The notes: generated from the letters alone by a model not told the origin. A stretch of DNA of 64,000 nt from an uncultured Porphyromonadaceae bacterium (GCA_964512915.1 CAZEKJ010000007.1:15572-79571); one strand, 5' to 3'; counted from the stretch's first letter, positions 19,624 through 29,615 are shown. Numbers and translations: made by a program.

Positions 19624-19767
19624 GGCTGTAAATTATTCATCAGTATCATCGGCATGGCTATCAGCAAGGTCAGGAGTCCATGCTTTTTCAAGAGTTCAGA
19701 TTTAGTACTCCAATATTAGCGAACTGTGGCGGCAATCGCAATACGGATTTAGAGCTACTTTGGCTCT

Positions 19768-19865
19768 TTAACCACAATAGGCTCAATAGGACACAATAGA
19801 TTTTAAAATCAATAAGGACGGATGTATCCGTCCCTACTGTGTTCTGTTGTGCCTACTGTGGTTAA
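19768..19865. repeat. Palindromic element with (CACAATAG-like) octamer arms and a central hairpin
   Basis: TTAACCACAATAGGCTCAATAGGACACAATAG ... GGACGGATGTATCCGTCC ... CTACTGTGTTCTGTTGTGCCTACTGTGGTTAA. The arms pair with 5 mismatches in 32. Confidence 0.8.
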
Positions 19866-19905
19866 GAAAATGAAATCCTGCTACTTGTATCAATCCCACT
19901 CAATG

Positions 19906-20534
19906 CTAATCGGGGTTCAGGTAGTTCTTGGCCACCTCGGTATCCTGTTTTTTAATCGATTCACCCGGCCAGTTTGTTAATCCCATATTGGGTTTCCCAG
20001 CATCTGCGCGGTTTAATAGTAGTTCTGCGGCTGTTTGGCCCGTCACAGCCCAATGAAATTTGTTTTGAACAATGGCAAAAAAATCGAGGGTTTTCTGATG
20101 TCACGGATCCGGGAAAGCAACTCATCAAAATAGTTACTTCGGGCCAGTTTTAAACGCTCGTCATCCAATACAAAACCTTTGATTATGTATTCTTTAAGTC
20201 GGGTTGTTGCCCAAATACGAAAATGGGTTGCTATCGATGACTGAACACGATAGCCAACCGATATTATCACGTCAAGGTTATAAAAGTATACCTCACGTTT
20301 AACAGAACGTTTACCCTCCTTCTGAACTTGTGCAAATTTTGCACAAGTTGACAATTCGTCCAATTCAGCTGATTGATAGATATTTGAAATATGTTTAGTA
20401 ATTGAAGTCCGATCTGTTTGGAATAAATCAGCTATCTGGTATTGAGATAGCCAGATAGTCTCGTCCTGTAACCTTACATCAATCTTCGTATTCCCTTCAG
20501 GACTTCGATAAATTATTAACTCACCGTTTTTCAT
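19906..20534 (-). pseudogene. RhuM-family gene, decayed (frameshift plus internal deletion)
   Basis: The N-terminal 150 aa match RhuM (IYRSPEGNTKIDVRLQDETIWLSQYQIADLF...). The ORF then breaks after RIRDIR. A different frame at 19906-20042 still encodes the RhuM C terminus (NMGLTNWPGESIKKQDTEVAKNYLNPD*). Confidence 0.7.
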
Positions 20535-21657
20535 CTGTCGCAAATGCTATTATTTTTTCGATATCTAGTTTAACGATTACCGGATTATCACCGGCGCCTA
20601 AAATCAGTTTCCTGTCTTGAAAAAATCTTTGCCAGCTTTTCGATTGAACGGCTTCCGAGGGGGTCAGGTAAAGGTATAGTTCATCTTTATCCGTCAGGTG
20701 GAAAGCCGGACCCAGGGAGCCTGAGAAGCTGGGTTCATCCGGCAGTGTCCATAAGGTTCTATCTTCCTTACGAAATAGATAATGCTGAAAAAGAACCTCG
20801 CTCTTCAGCAAATCCTTTCCGGTATATAAGTATACAAAGCTCTTGTTTTCCAGAACCTTTACTGCTACCCACAAGCCGGGATCCTCCGACCGCTTATGAA
20901 GTTCCTCCGGAAACGGATCTGCCCCGATCGAGTATTTGCCGAAATCGAGCCGGTACTTTTCCTGTATTCCGGTGGAGGTAATTTCGTATACCTTGCTGAT
21001 GATCGGTTCGCAGAACAGAACGGATGACTTGCCCGATGAACTAAAAGTAAGCATACTGAATGCCTGAGCTCCTTCCGTATTTTTAAGCATGGAATCCGCC
21101 TTTTCACCGGTCTGGCGGTCGACTGAGGTGATTTTGTGCTCGAAAAAAGATCCATAGAAAAAGTATTTCCCTAATCCGGGGCTCAGGATAAAGGACCAGG
21201 TGGGAAACTCAAGGATGCTCTTTTTTGAAAGAAACGTTCCATCGTGTGAGTAGCAGCAAAGCTCGGTCTGCGGGAAACCGGTCAGTAATTCAATCTGGCT
21301 GCCGGTGATGATTCCCTCATTTAGTCTCACATATTCACCCGGACCCTTGCCCATTTTTCCGATTGTATTCAGGAATTCACCTTGTTGACCAAAGCGGAAA
21401 ACCTTTTCGGCAGACTTATCGAGGATATAATAATCATCGATACAATCCAGAAAAAAGAAGGTCCTTCCGATCATGCACTCCGATGTCGTTGCCAGAGGGT
21501 AAACTGCAGCATTTTCAAGGAGGCTGCTGACCTCCATTTCATGTATGGGACCGCTGATGAAAGGGATGGTTATAACCGGATCCGGAGTTTTTGAGCAAGC
21601 CGGCAGGACCAGAGTATGGAAAGCAATAGCCCTGATAATGAATGCTTTTGATGACAC
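20521..21657 (-). CDS. 6-bladed beta-propeller lipoprotein (BF3164-like family)
   Basis: Lipoprotein signal ending LPACS, with a GTG start. Hallmark GKMGKGPGEY motif. C-terminal GDNPVIVKL. Confidence 0.7.
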   Translation of the reverse strand: MSSKAFIIRAIAFHTLVLPACSKTPDPVITIPFISGPIHEMEVSSLLENAAVYPLATTSECMIGRTFFFLDCIDDYYILDKSAEKVFRFGQQGEFLNTIGKMGKGPGEYVRLNEGIITGSQIELLTGFPQTELCCYSHDGTFLSKKSILEFPTWSFILSPGLGKYFFYGSFFEHKITSVDRQTGEKADSMLKNTEGAQAFSMLTFSSSGKSSVLFCEPIISKVYEITSTGIQEKYRLDFGKYSIGADPFPEELHKRSEDPGLWVAVKVLENKSFVYLYTGKDLLKSEVLFQHYLFRKEDRTLWTLPDEPSFSGSLGPAFHLTDKDELYLYLTPSEAVQSKSWQRFFQDRKLILGAGDNPVIVKLDIEKIIAFATDEKR

Positions 21658-21830
21658 TTTAAGTTGGATATTAAGAATATCAAGTTAAACATTTCCGTTC
21701 AGGGATAAGTCACTTCCTCATCCGTCAATGCTGAAAAAGCTTTACAAATCGTGAAAAACACTTATAAAAGGCATGAATCCGTGAAAAACGGTTACAAAGA
21801 AAGGTATTCGCTTATCTGCGACACCGGATC

Positions 21831-22187
21831 CTATTTGAAAAGAAAAATTACAGGATTTGAATCATAATCAATAACACTGCAAATAGAATCCAGCACTGGG
21901 TATCTTTTTGCCATCTCTTTAGAGCCAATTTCTGTTTTAAGTGTATTGTATTTATCGATCAAAGCCGTTGCCTGATAATGGATTGCCACATATTCCCCAT
22001 TCAGGACATTGCTTACCGGAATTGTTAAAAACATACCAAGAAGATCATTCGCACCCATTGATGGTCCAAAACATTGGACCTCGTCTGCTTTGCGGACAAT
22101 TTGAATATTAAGAGTTGGGTCGCCACTAGCCTGACCCCAAAGGAAGTTAAAGATCAGGCGCCTGCAGAAGGCTCCCTTTTTGAAGTC
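21831..22187 (-). pseudogene. C-terminal remnant of a second 6-bladed beta-propeller gene
   Basis: Open frame with no credible N terminus. It ends ...DYDSNPVIFLFK, like the C terminus of the neighbouring full-length paralog. Confidence 0.4.
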
Positions 22188-22354
22188 TTAGGATTCGACG
22201 AAGGATTTGCAGCAAAAGCCCAATTCAGATCCGTTACAAAAATCTGGGGACGAAATTTCCATTCCAAGGTTTTTTTCGCATCTAAATAGTAAGAGAAAAC
22301 TCTGTGCTAATTACCCATAATGGGAACTTTTTACTATCTTTAATCCCTGTAACC

Positions 22355-22675
22355 ATGAGAGTGATCAAGGAGAAAACCGTGTACAATATTTGTCAAATTG
22401 GGAAATACAAATCAGGTGGAGATAACCTGACGGCTTGGCTGAACAAAGCAAAGGAAGCCAAATGGACGGGTCCGGCCGATGTAAAAAAGACCTTCCCTAA
22501 AGCCAGTATCATTGACAGCAAGCGTGTGGTTTTTAACATCAGGGGAAATGAATTCAGGCTGGTTGTGGATATCGAATATCGCCTGCATTCTGTTTTCATT
22601 ATTTGGTTCGGCACTCATCAGGAATACGAAGTTGTTGATATAAAAAGACTTAGGTATGGAAATAAGAATTATTAA
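22355..22675 (+). CDS. higB: Type II toxin HigB-like (mRNA interferase)
   Basis: MRVIKEKT...AWLNKAKEAKWTGPADVKKTFPKASII...VVFNIRGNEFRLVVDIEY...IIWFGTHQEY matches the HigB family pattern. Overlaps the downstream antitoxin gene. Confidence 0.8.
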   Translation: MRVIKEKTVYNICQIGKYKSGGDNLTAWLNKAKEAKWTGPADVKKTFPKASIIDSKRVVFNIRGNEFRLVVDIEYRLHSVFIIWFGTHQEYEVVDIKRLRYGNKNY

Positions 22676-23045
22676 AACTGAAGAACAGTACGAAGAGGCC
22701 TGCAGCCGGTTTTACGAACTAATGCATTCTTCTGAGGATCCGATTGACCCGGATACACCGGTCGGCGAGGAAATGGAACTTTTGGGCATTCTGATTGAGC
22801 AATATGAAAAGAAACACTACCCGATTGATCCACCGGATCCCATTGAAGCCATACTTTTTCACATGGATCAGCATAGCCTGAAACAGAAAGATCTGGCCCC
22901 CTATTTCGGGGGTAAAACCAAAATTTCGGAAGTTCTGAACCGGAAGCGACCGCTTTCCCTGCGCACCATCACTCTGCTTCATGAGAACCTGGGAATTCCG
23001 CTGGAATCGCTCATCCACTCGAAACGAAAAGCGATCGCGGGATAA
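22656..23045 (+). CDS. higA: HigA-like antitoxin, HTH (XRE-type) domain
   Basis: 129 aa. The N-terminal half is typical of HigA partners (IKTEEQYEEACSRFYELM). C-terminal HTH (KQKDLAPYFGGKTKISEVLNRKRPLSL). Confidence 0.75.
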   Translation: MEIRIIKTEEQYEEACSRFYELMHSSEDPIDPDTPVGEEMELLGILIEQYEKKHYPIDPPDPIEAILFHMDQHSLKQKDLAPYFGGKTKISEVLNRKRPLSLRTITLLHENLGIPLESLIHSKRKAIAG

Positions 23046-23055
23046 GCGACAATGG

Positions 23056-24169
23056 CTACTCTATCCTGATTGCCCGTTTCGTCTCCCCAATTCCATCCCT
23101 GGATAACCGGAAAAAATAAACGCCGCAGGCCCGTATTATCGAACCCATTCCAGGTTACGGTGTAGATTCCCGGATCTTTTTCCGCACTCATAAGGGTTGA
23201 TACCCGGGCTCCGGCAGCATTGTAAGCCTCAAGGGTTACCTTGACCCTTTTGTCCAATTCAAAGCGGATCATCAGGCTCGTTGTGAAAGGATTCGGAAAG
23301 ATGGAACAAGAAACCGGATCCCGGTCAACCGGGTTGACGCCGGTAGCTTCGGTGGTGCAGGGTATCCGGGCCCATGAGTTCGTTCCGTACAGGGTAATGA
23401 GGATTGAATGATCATTGGGATCATACGTCGGATACACCATGTTTCGACCGTTATAGATCCCCCTGGGTGCGGCGATAAAATCAGGATCAAACCGATAGAC
23501 GCTGGTGAGGTAGTATCCGCCTACGTAATAATACCCGAACTTATCCCTGACGATTCCATCGGGGCTGTTGAAAGTGGTCGACCGGAGGGTGGTAACCGTT
23601 GTATCGGCCAGACTGATGGATTGAATCAGCGAGGGACTAGGGGAATCACCGATAATCACGATCCGGTTCTTCTCCTTTTCGAGTAGTATGCCATTAGGCT
23701 TTTTGAGGCCGTTCCCTTTGGCAAAAACCCACCATTTATGGTCGCTCAGGCGCAGCCGGTAAATCTCGTTCAGGTTGGGACAGGAGATAAACAGGTGACC
23801 GGCTGAATCATAGGCCACACTGGAGAGGTAATCAGCTGCGTTACCGGTTACTGTCAGGTTTAAAACCTGCTGTTTGGTAATCAGGTTATATGCGTAAATT
23901 TTCCGGTCGTTTCCCACCCCATAGAGGGTATCCCCTACAATTTCACAACCGTCAACGAATCCCGCATTCTGTAAGAAATAGGTCTGAGCACCTGTTGAAT
24001 CAATCTGAACCAGCGCGCCGGTGTCATAATTTGAAACCAGCAGCCGGTTGCGCGCGGCATCCACAACGATTTTCTGCGGCGCTCGCAGAAGGTTCTGAGC
24101 CTGGGTAAGTTCACAGGAAAACAGGGCAAAAAAGATTGCCAGAGTTTTGTACGTCAATGTTTTATTCAT
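23056..24169 (-). CDS. Secreted beta-propeller-like protein with T9SS C-terminal sorting domain; needs a frameshift near 23122-23134
   Basis: Signal peptide, then repeated propeller-like segments. CTD begins IFPNPFTTSLMIRFEL...YNAAGARVSTL...YTVTWNGFDNTG. The canonical ending GVYFFRL...TKRAIRIE* is in another frame and stops at 23056. Confidence 0.6.
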
Positions 24170-24268
24170 TTTGCAAGGAGTTAAGTGGTCAAAGCTGGCT
24201 CACTTTCTCCCATAGTATATCCCACCATAAGACGTAATAATCTGCAAAAAGCTACAATCCCGATATTT

Positions 24269-24298
24269 GATGGGCCCGAAGTCACCCCCGGGCCCATC
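24269..24298. terminator. Perfect 10-bp GC-rich hairpin (GATGGGCCCG / CGGGCCCATC) downstream of the GH127 gene
   Basis: Inverted repeat read directly from the sequence, with a 10-nt loop. Adjacent to a CTTTCTT repeat tract. No clear U-tract on the minus-strand transcript. Confidence 0.4.
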
Positions 24299-24326
24299 TT
24301 TAATCTTTCTTCTTTCTTCTTTGATC
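24298..24326. repeat. CTTTAATCTTTCTTCTTTCTT pyrimidine repeat tract
   Basis: The 21-mer is the exact reverse complement of 43394-43414. Abuts the GH127 stop at 24327. Confidence 0.8.
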
Positions 24327-27026
24327 TTATTTTTTCACCCACACTTGCGACGTAATCTCCCTACGATCCTTCTCCCCGGCAGTCTCCCGGTTGTTTCTTG
24401 CATAGTTCGGTATTGCCAGGAGCGGTGATCCGTCGGCCCAGGTGCCTTTGATGGCCACGACTCCGCGGAGGAGATCCGGCATCCAGACGGCTGAAAGGGA
24501 ACCGCTGCCCAGCGGCTTGTCAATATCGGGCTGATCGGCCTTTTCAAAGCTGTAAACCATCGGGCCATATTTCAAGGCTACCCGGCCGCGGTCGGCGACA
24601 ATATGTTCACTGGCAGTTACTTTCTGGACTTCCATCGGAATTTCAAGTTCGATTTTGTCGCCGGCAGCCCAGGTACGGGTAATCGGGGCATATCCATTGA
24701 CCACCTTGTAATCCGCGGCTTTGCCATTCACCATCAGGGATTTCAGGCCGTTAACCTCCTTATCGGGGGTATAGAGTATGCTGGTGGTCCTGTTGGGAAC
24801 CCTCACATATACCGTAAACTGCTTGCTCTGTTTGGGGTTCACGGTAATGGCAACCTTGCCGCTCCAGGGGTAGTTGGTCTCCTGAACCATCTCGATATCG
24901 GTTCCTACGATCCGTTCCACGTTGATTTTACTCCCGATGTACATATTCACATAAATTCCGTCGGTGCCCTTAACATAGGTCCAGGTGGGGATCATCAAGA
25001 GAGTTCTCGGAATGTTTCCGACGCAGCAGGGGCACACATGCCAGTCGTAGCGGGATTCCCCCGATACCAGTGCATTGTCATAGAAGAAGTTCTTTGCATC
25101 GAGATCGAGCGAGCCCAGCAGTGCATTGTAAATCGTCTCCTCGTAGCAGTCGACATATTTGGCATCATGGTACGCCAGGTTCATCTTCCAGTCGAAAAAT
25201 ATCATGCCGCAGCTGGAGCAGGCTTCGCAATAGGCATGGTTGCCCAGGGAATAGTCTTCGCCGAACCCTTCAGAAGTTTCGCCGCTGCCGATGCCGCCAG
25301 TTATGTAGATTTTCTTATCCATGATATTGTCCCAGAGCGACATGGTGGCACTCTGATAATCGATGTCCCCGGTCTCAGCCGAAACATCCGCCATTCCGGA
25401 ATAGGTATAGGCTGCGCGGACCGCATGACCGACTGCCTTGTATTGCTGCTGAACCGGCACATGGCTCTGATCGTACTCGTCCCCACCATCGCGGTTGTCG
25501 AGCAGGAACTTGGCCAGTGCAATGTAGCTGTCGCCGTGGTTCCCGCCTTCCATGTCATTCACAAAGCGTCCGAAACGCACCAATCCCTGTTCCATCTGCT
25601 GGTGTCCATCGAACCACTTGATCTTATCGGGCCCGATATTGGCTACCCAGCAGTCGGCCAGTTTTTTTGCTGCATCGTACAGCCGTTTGTCCTTGCCGTC
25701 GGTGAGGGTATAATGGTTAATGGCCGATTCAATAAAGTATCCTGCCACATAGCCTTCGTGGTTCCCGCGCGTTTCGGGGGCCCAGCGGGATTTCCAACGG
25801 GTGGTGTCGCGCAGGGTAAAGGCGGTCTGCAGGTAGCCGTCGGGCTCCTGGGCGGCCAGAATCTTGGGAATCCAGTCCTCCAAAGTAGCCTTCATCTTTT
25901 CATGAGCTTTGATGATCTCCGGATCGCCATGCGGGTCAACCATCAGGGCAATACTCATCGATTCAACGGTCTGGTGCACCCAGGCATTGGAGAAAACATA
26001 ACCCAGATGTTTGCCGTGGGGCAAGCCTTTCAGCGCCTTGGCAGCCTCAATGAAGTTGTCCATCCCGCCCTGACCGGTTTTCAGGTCGGTGCGGTTGATC
26101 TGGTCAATGCACCAGGGGATCCAGTTGACCATGATCATTTTAGCGCGGTCGTTCCAGAGAGGGCTGTTGATGGTATATTTCTTGGTATAAACCACATCGA
26201 GCCGTTCGGCCGGCGGCGGTGCCTGCACTTTTACTTTAATGGTTGAGGTGGACTTTTCTTTGCCCTCCATCGCGGTGAGCATCAGGACATAGTCTCCAAG
26301 TTCCGTAATCGTGGCGGTCGTTTCCATGGCTTTGGCATCGGCGAACACAACCTGGCCGGGACCTGACACCTTGCTCCACCGGGAGCCGGTTAATCCGGTC
26401 ACCGATTTGGCGCTGCCCGACAGATACGTTTTCCCGCCGCTGATAAGGACCCGGTCATGACCCGCGGAAATCACCGGTGGTACGATGGGGGCATCAGCCG
26501 AAGGAAACACTTTCCATTCCACCACGTTGGCAGCCAGGGAGGCAGCAGAATCCACATCAATCCTGAGTTTCGTGGTGGAAACCGCATCAAAGCTGGTTGT
26601 ATTGTATTTCCCGTTTTCCAGCCCCATACCTTTCGGATTCTTAACGGGAACATAGGCGGAGCCGTCCCAGTACTGAATGCGGTAATTCAGAGGAAACGGG
26701 AATCCCTGCTTGTAATCCCATAGGAAAACATCGATTTTATCGGTTTTTACCGGCTGAAGCCAGGTATATTCCACCCACTGAGCCTGGGCCGGACGACGCG
26801 GTCCGCGTCCCGAACGGGGCCTGAAGGGAAGGGTATCCGTGGGAGTCAAACCGTCGTTCATGGCGGCAATCCAGTTCCCGTAAGTCATCGAACCATCGGG
26901 AGTGGCAATTTTCGCGAGGTTGCGCTCACCGGTTGCAGTTTTCAGGGAGCTGCAGCTGATCCAGACGGCGGCTGACAGGCCGATCAGGATCATGGATAAA
27001 ACAGGGAGAAGGTGTTTTGCTTTCAT
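24327..27026 (-). CDS. Glycoside hydrolase family 127 (beta-L-arabinofuranosidase/DUF1680-like) with N-terminal discoidin-like and Ig-like domains
   Basis: GHAVRAAYTYSGMADV, HEGYVAGYFIESAINHY and Cys-rich CEACSSCGM and CPCCVGNIPR motifs are typical of GH127. 899 aa with a signal peptide. Confidence 0.8.
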   Translation of the reverse strand: MKAKHLLPVLSMILIGLSAAVWISCSSLKTATGERNLAKIATPDGSMTYGNWIAAMNDGLTPTDTLPFRPRSGRGPRRPAQAQWVEYTWLQPVKTDKIDVFLWDYKQGFPFPLNYRIQYWDGSAYVPVKNPKGMGLENGKYNTTSFDAVSTTKLRIDVDSAASLAANVVEWKVFPSADAPIVPPVISAGHDRVLISGGKTYLSGSAKSVTGLTGSRWSKVSGPGQVVFADAKAMETTATITELGDYVLMLTAMEGKEKSTSTIKVKVQAPPPAERLDVVYTKKYTINSPLWNDRAKMIMVNWIPWCIDQINRTDLKTGQGGMDNFIEAAKALKGLPHGKHLGYVFSNAWVHQTVESMSIALMVDPHGDPEIIKAHEKMKATLEDWIPKILAAQEPDGYLQTAFTLRDTTRWKSRWAPETRGNHEGYVAGYFIESAINHYTLTDGKDKRLYDAAKKLADCWVANIGPDKIKWFDGHQQMEQGLVRFGRFVNDMEGGNHGDSYIALAKFLLDNRDGGDEYDQSHVPVQQQYKAVGHAVRAAYTYSGMADVSAETGDIDYQSATMSLWDNIMDKKIYITGGIGSGETSEGFGEDYSLGNHAYCEACSSCGMIFFDWKMNLAYHDAKYVDCYEETIYNALLGSLDLDAKNFFYDNALVSGESRYDWHVCPCCVGNIPRTLLMIPTWTYVKGTDGIYVNMYIGSKINVERIVGTDIEMVQETNYPWSGKVAITVNPKQSKQFTVYVRVPNRTTSILYTPDKEVNGLKSLMVNGKAADYKVVNGYAPITRTWAAGDKIELEIPMEVQKVTASEHIVADRGRVALKYGPMVYSFEKADQPDIDKPLGSGSLSAVWMPDLLRGVVAIKGTWADGSPLLAIPNYARNNRETAGEKDRREITSQVWVKK

Positions 27027-27094
27027 TATCAGGATAATTAGAATAAGGGTACAATATACACTTTATCCTGAAAGCAAACAATGTTATGCAGCAA

Positions 27095-28171
27095 TTAAAA
27101 CTCTCCGCGGAGTCTGGTTACCGTTTCAAAAATCGTCCGGACCTTGCTGTCATCGGTTTTGTCATCCATATTTATGCAGCAAACGCCGGTCAGATAGGGG
27201 TTTTCCGACTCGTGTACCAGTCGGGAGATGGTTTCTGCAAGGGCTGTTTCGGAGTATTGGTTGAGAGTGACCGGATCCAGCCTGATATTCAGGAAAGTAT
27301 GGGGCAGGTGTTTCCGCAACTCTTTCACATCGCCGCCCCAGCCCACATCCAGAAAATCGAGATTTAGTATTCTGGCAAAGGAAGACGCATACCGGTGGGG
27401 ATCATTTCCGCAGTAGTGAATTCCGAAGGGCCTGAATTTCCGGCTCCACCCAAGGTCTATGGGCAGCAGGAAATCATCATACTGTTCGGTTGAGATCATG
27501 GTATGGGAGCACTCCGAATGCAGGAATATGGGCTGTTTGATATGCCTGACATTCCGGTTTACGGAAATGGAGCTCGTTCCGGTTTCCGCAGCGATGCCGG
27601 TCACAAACCTTTCAACAACCTCCGCCAGAAGCTCAAATTGCCGCCTGACCTCATCGGGCTGAATAAAGAGGTCGGTAAATACATTTTGACCGGTGAGGTC
27701 GAGGGCGATATTAAGGACACCGCCCCAGTTAACATCCCCGGTAAGGTATCCGTAACTCTTTTTGAGTGAATCCAGCAGGGTGGTCAGGCGCTTAAAAGCC
27801 TCACTGCTGAAAGCCGCATCCGCGTTGATTTTCAATTCATCCATCCCGGCCGGGATCACCTGCGGGGCGGAGTCCTCCTGATAGAGAACCTTGCAGCCCA
27901 GCATTTCCGAAAGGATATAGCCGGCAGCATTGTGAACGGCTCCGACAAGCGGAAGGTTCTGATCACGGTTTTCCCCAAGCCCGAACTCCCCGAAGCGGTC
28001 GTACAGAACTCTTTCCATTTTCCGCTCCGATTCCACCCTCTTCAGGGGATGGTAGAAAAAATCCCGGTCGAAACTGATTCCGGCATGATGGTACCACCAC
28101 GATGGATGAAAAACCATATCCACCGGCAACATTCCACATTCAATAAAAGGATTCTTGTAAGATACTGACAT
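27095..28171 (-). CDS. Uroporphyrinogen decarboxylase (URO-D)-fold family protein, function unknown
   Basis: 358 aa. Pattern resembles URO-D/MtaA-like TIM-barrel proteins found in glycan loci. The start abuts the stop of the upstream gene. Confidence 0.5.
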   Translation of the reverse strand: MSVSYKNPFIECGMLPVDMVFHPSWWYHHAGISFDRDFFYHPLKRVESERKMERVLYDRFGEFGLGENRDQNLPLVGAVHNAAGYILSEMLGCKVLYQEDSAPQVIPAGMDELKINADAAFSSEAFKRLTTLLDSLKKSYGYLTGDVNWGGVLNIALDLTGQNVFTDLFIQPDEVRRQFELLAEVVERFVTGIAAETGTSSISVNRNVRHIKQPIFLHSECSHTMISTEQYDDFLLPIDLGWSRKFRPFGIHYCGNDPHRYASSFARILNLDFLDVGWGGDVKELRKHLPHTFLNIRLDPVTLNQYSETALAETISRLVHESENPYLTGVCCINMDDKTDDSKVRTIFETVTRLRGEF

Positions 28172-29563
28172 TTAGACGATTATTTTTGTATTTCCACCTT
28201 TTTCCAGGTTGATGTCCATGTTGGGCTTGTTGGTTTTCCAGGCTCCGGCAGTAAAATCGGGGATATCAATTGAATTTGACCGGTTAAGGACCGACCATTG
28301 GCTGAGGGGCAGGATGGAACTCCAGGCGGCGGCATCATATACATCCTGATCCAGCGGCAGCCCGTTACGCAGGCAGTCGATCAGCCTCCAGTCCTCCATC
28401 AGGTCGGTGCCCCCGTGGCCGGCGCCGGTTTGCCGGGCCAGTTCGGTAAGCTGGGTGGTGATCTTTGGAGTATATTTTTCTTCGATAGCCTTGAACTCCT
28501 CCGGGGAAACCCAGTTATGGTTGCCGTTTGCCAGTTTAGGCGGCTGGGGATCGTACAAGGCAGTTCCTTTGGTACCGTATATCCCGTGGATCAGGTTATG
28601 CGGCGAAGGCGAGGTGGCATCGTGCTGCACGGTGATGGTCCGGCCGCCGGTTGTTCGGATGGTTGTAACGCTCATGTTGCCCCGATAGCTCTTCTCTGCA
28701 AAGGGCTTAAAGAAATCGTCCTTGCCGGCCAGCTCCTGCGCCCTGGCCTTCATCATAAAATCGTTGCTCTCCACCGAAACCAGGTACTCAAACTTATCGC
28801 CCCGGTTGATGTTCATGATGGTGCTCACCGGCCCCAGTCCGTGTGTTGGGTATATATTTCCCTTGTGGTTGGCATACTGCTTCAGCCACCACATGTCCCA
28901 ATACATGTTTTTGGAGAAATTATTCCCCATCTTGCTGGTGTTGTAGGCGCAGTCGCCATGAACCACCTCGCCGAAGAACCCTTGCCGGGCCAGGTTCAGC
29001 GTGAGCAGCTGGAAAGGCAGATAACAGTAATTTTCCATCATCATGATATGGCGGCGGGTCTGCTCTGCGGTTTCAACCAGCTGCCAGCACTCCTCGATGG
29101 TACCGGCTGCCGGCACTTCGGAAGCTACGTGCTTACCGTGCTTCATCGCATAAACCGACATCATGGCGTGCATGTACCAGGGGGTTGTAACGATAATCAG
29201 ATCGATATCTTCCCTTTCGCAAACCTTTTTCCAGTCCTCGGCTCCGGTGTACACATCCGGATTGTGCCGGGTTCCCTCCAGGCGTTTCTTTGCCGCATTT
29301 ACTTTTTCAGGCCTGATATCGCACAGTGCCTTGATCTCGGTTCCTTCGATCAGATTCATTGTGGCCATATGCGCCGGTCCGCGCTGCCCCATCCCGATAA
29401 TTCCGATCCGTACTTTATCCAGCGGGGGTGCGGCGAAGCCCGACATGTTAAAGCGCTGCTCATGTTTCTTTTCCAGGGATCCGGCCATCAGCCGGGTTGC
29501 GGCGGCCAGGCCGATGCCGGCGATGCCGGAGACTTTAAGGAAATTACGACGATTGGATTTCAT
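28172..29563 (-). CDS. TAT-exported Gfo/Idh/MocA oxidoreductase, GH109-like
   Basis: Twin-arginine signal MKSNRRNFLKVSGIAGIG. Rossmann motif RIGIIGMGQRG. Length and layout typical of GH109 NAD-dependent glycosidases. Confidence 0.75.
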   Translation of the reverse strand: MKSNRRNFLKVSGIAGIGLAAATRLMAGSLEKKHEQRFNMSGFAAPPLDKVRIGIIGMGQRGPAHMATMNLIEGTEIKALCDIRPEKVNAAKKRLEGTRHNPDVYTGAEDWKKVCEREDIDLIIVTTPWYMHAMMSVYAMKHGKHVASEVPAAGTIEECWQLVETAEQTRRHIMMMENYCYLPFQLLTLNLARQGFFGEVVHGDCAYNTSKMGNNFSKNMYWDMWWLKQYANHKGNIYPTHGLGPVSTIMNINRGDKFEYLVSVESNDFMMKARAQELAGKDDFFKPFAEKSYRGNMSVTTIRTTGGRTITVQHDATSPSPHNLIHGIYGTKGTALYDPQPPKLANGNHNWVSPEEFKAIEEKYTPKITTQLTELARQTGAGHGGTDLMEDWRLIDCLRNGLPLDQDVYDAAAWSSILPLSQWSVLNRSNSIDIPDFTAGAWKTNKPNMDINLEKGGNTKIIV

Positions 29564-29615
29564 GTTACTGGTTACTGGTTGCTGGTTACTGGTTACCGGT
29601 TGCCGGTTGCCGGTT
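29564..29615. repeat. Heptamer array (GTTACTG/GTTGCTG/GTTACCG/GTTGCCG)x7.4
   Basis: Fills the spacer between the stop at 29621 and the ATG at 29563, with zero gap to the ATG. Confidence 0.9.

Noticed and set aside
19768-19865. Strand-specific G-U wobble asymmetry in the octamer-armed palindrome
   Set aside because: The five mismatches are two A/C, two G/T and one T/T, so neither strand is favoured and no directional inference is possible.
22074-22289. 71-aa ORF on the plus strand between the beta-propeller remnant and higB
   Set aside because: It overlaps the open frame of the beta-propeller remnant on the opposite strand, has no motifs, and has no convincing start context.
19624-24326. Search for an integrase, transposase, tRNA or direct-repeat boundaries of a mobile element
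   Set aside because: None was recognised in any frame, so I describe the region only as an eroded accessory patch and not as a defined mobile element.
24603-26246. 547-aa ORF on the plus strand
   Set aside because: It lies entirely antisense to the well-supported GH127 gene. The composition is low-complexity (G/V/A/H-rich) with no recognisable motifs, which is typical of shadow ORFs in GC-rich coding DNA.
27027-27094. Bacteroidota-type promoter consensus (TAnnTTTG at about -7, TTTG at about -33) upstream of the GH127 gene, and at 8019-8121
   Set aside because: Only partial matches were found, too weak to annotate without TSS data.
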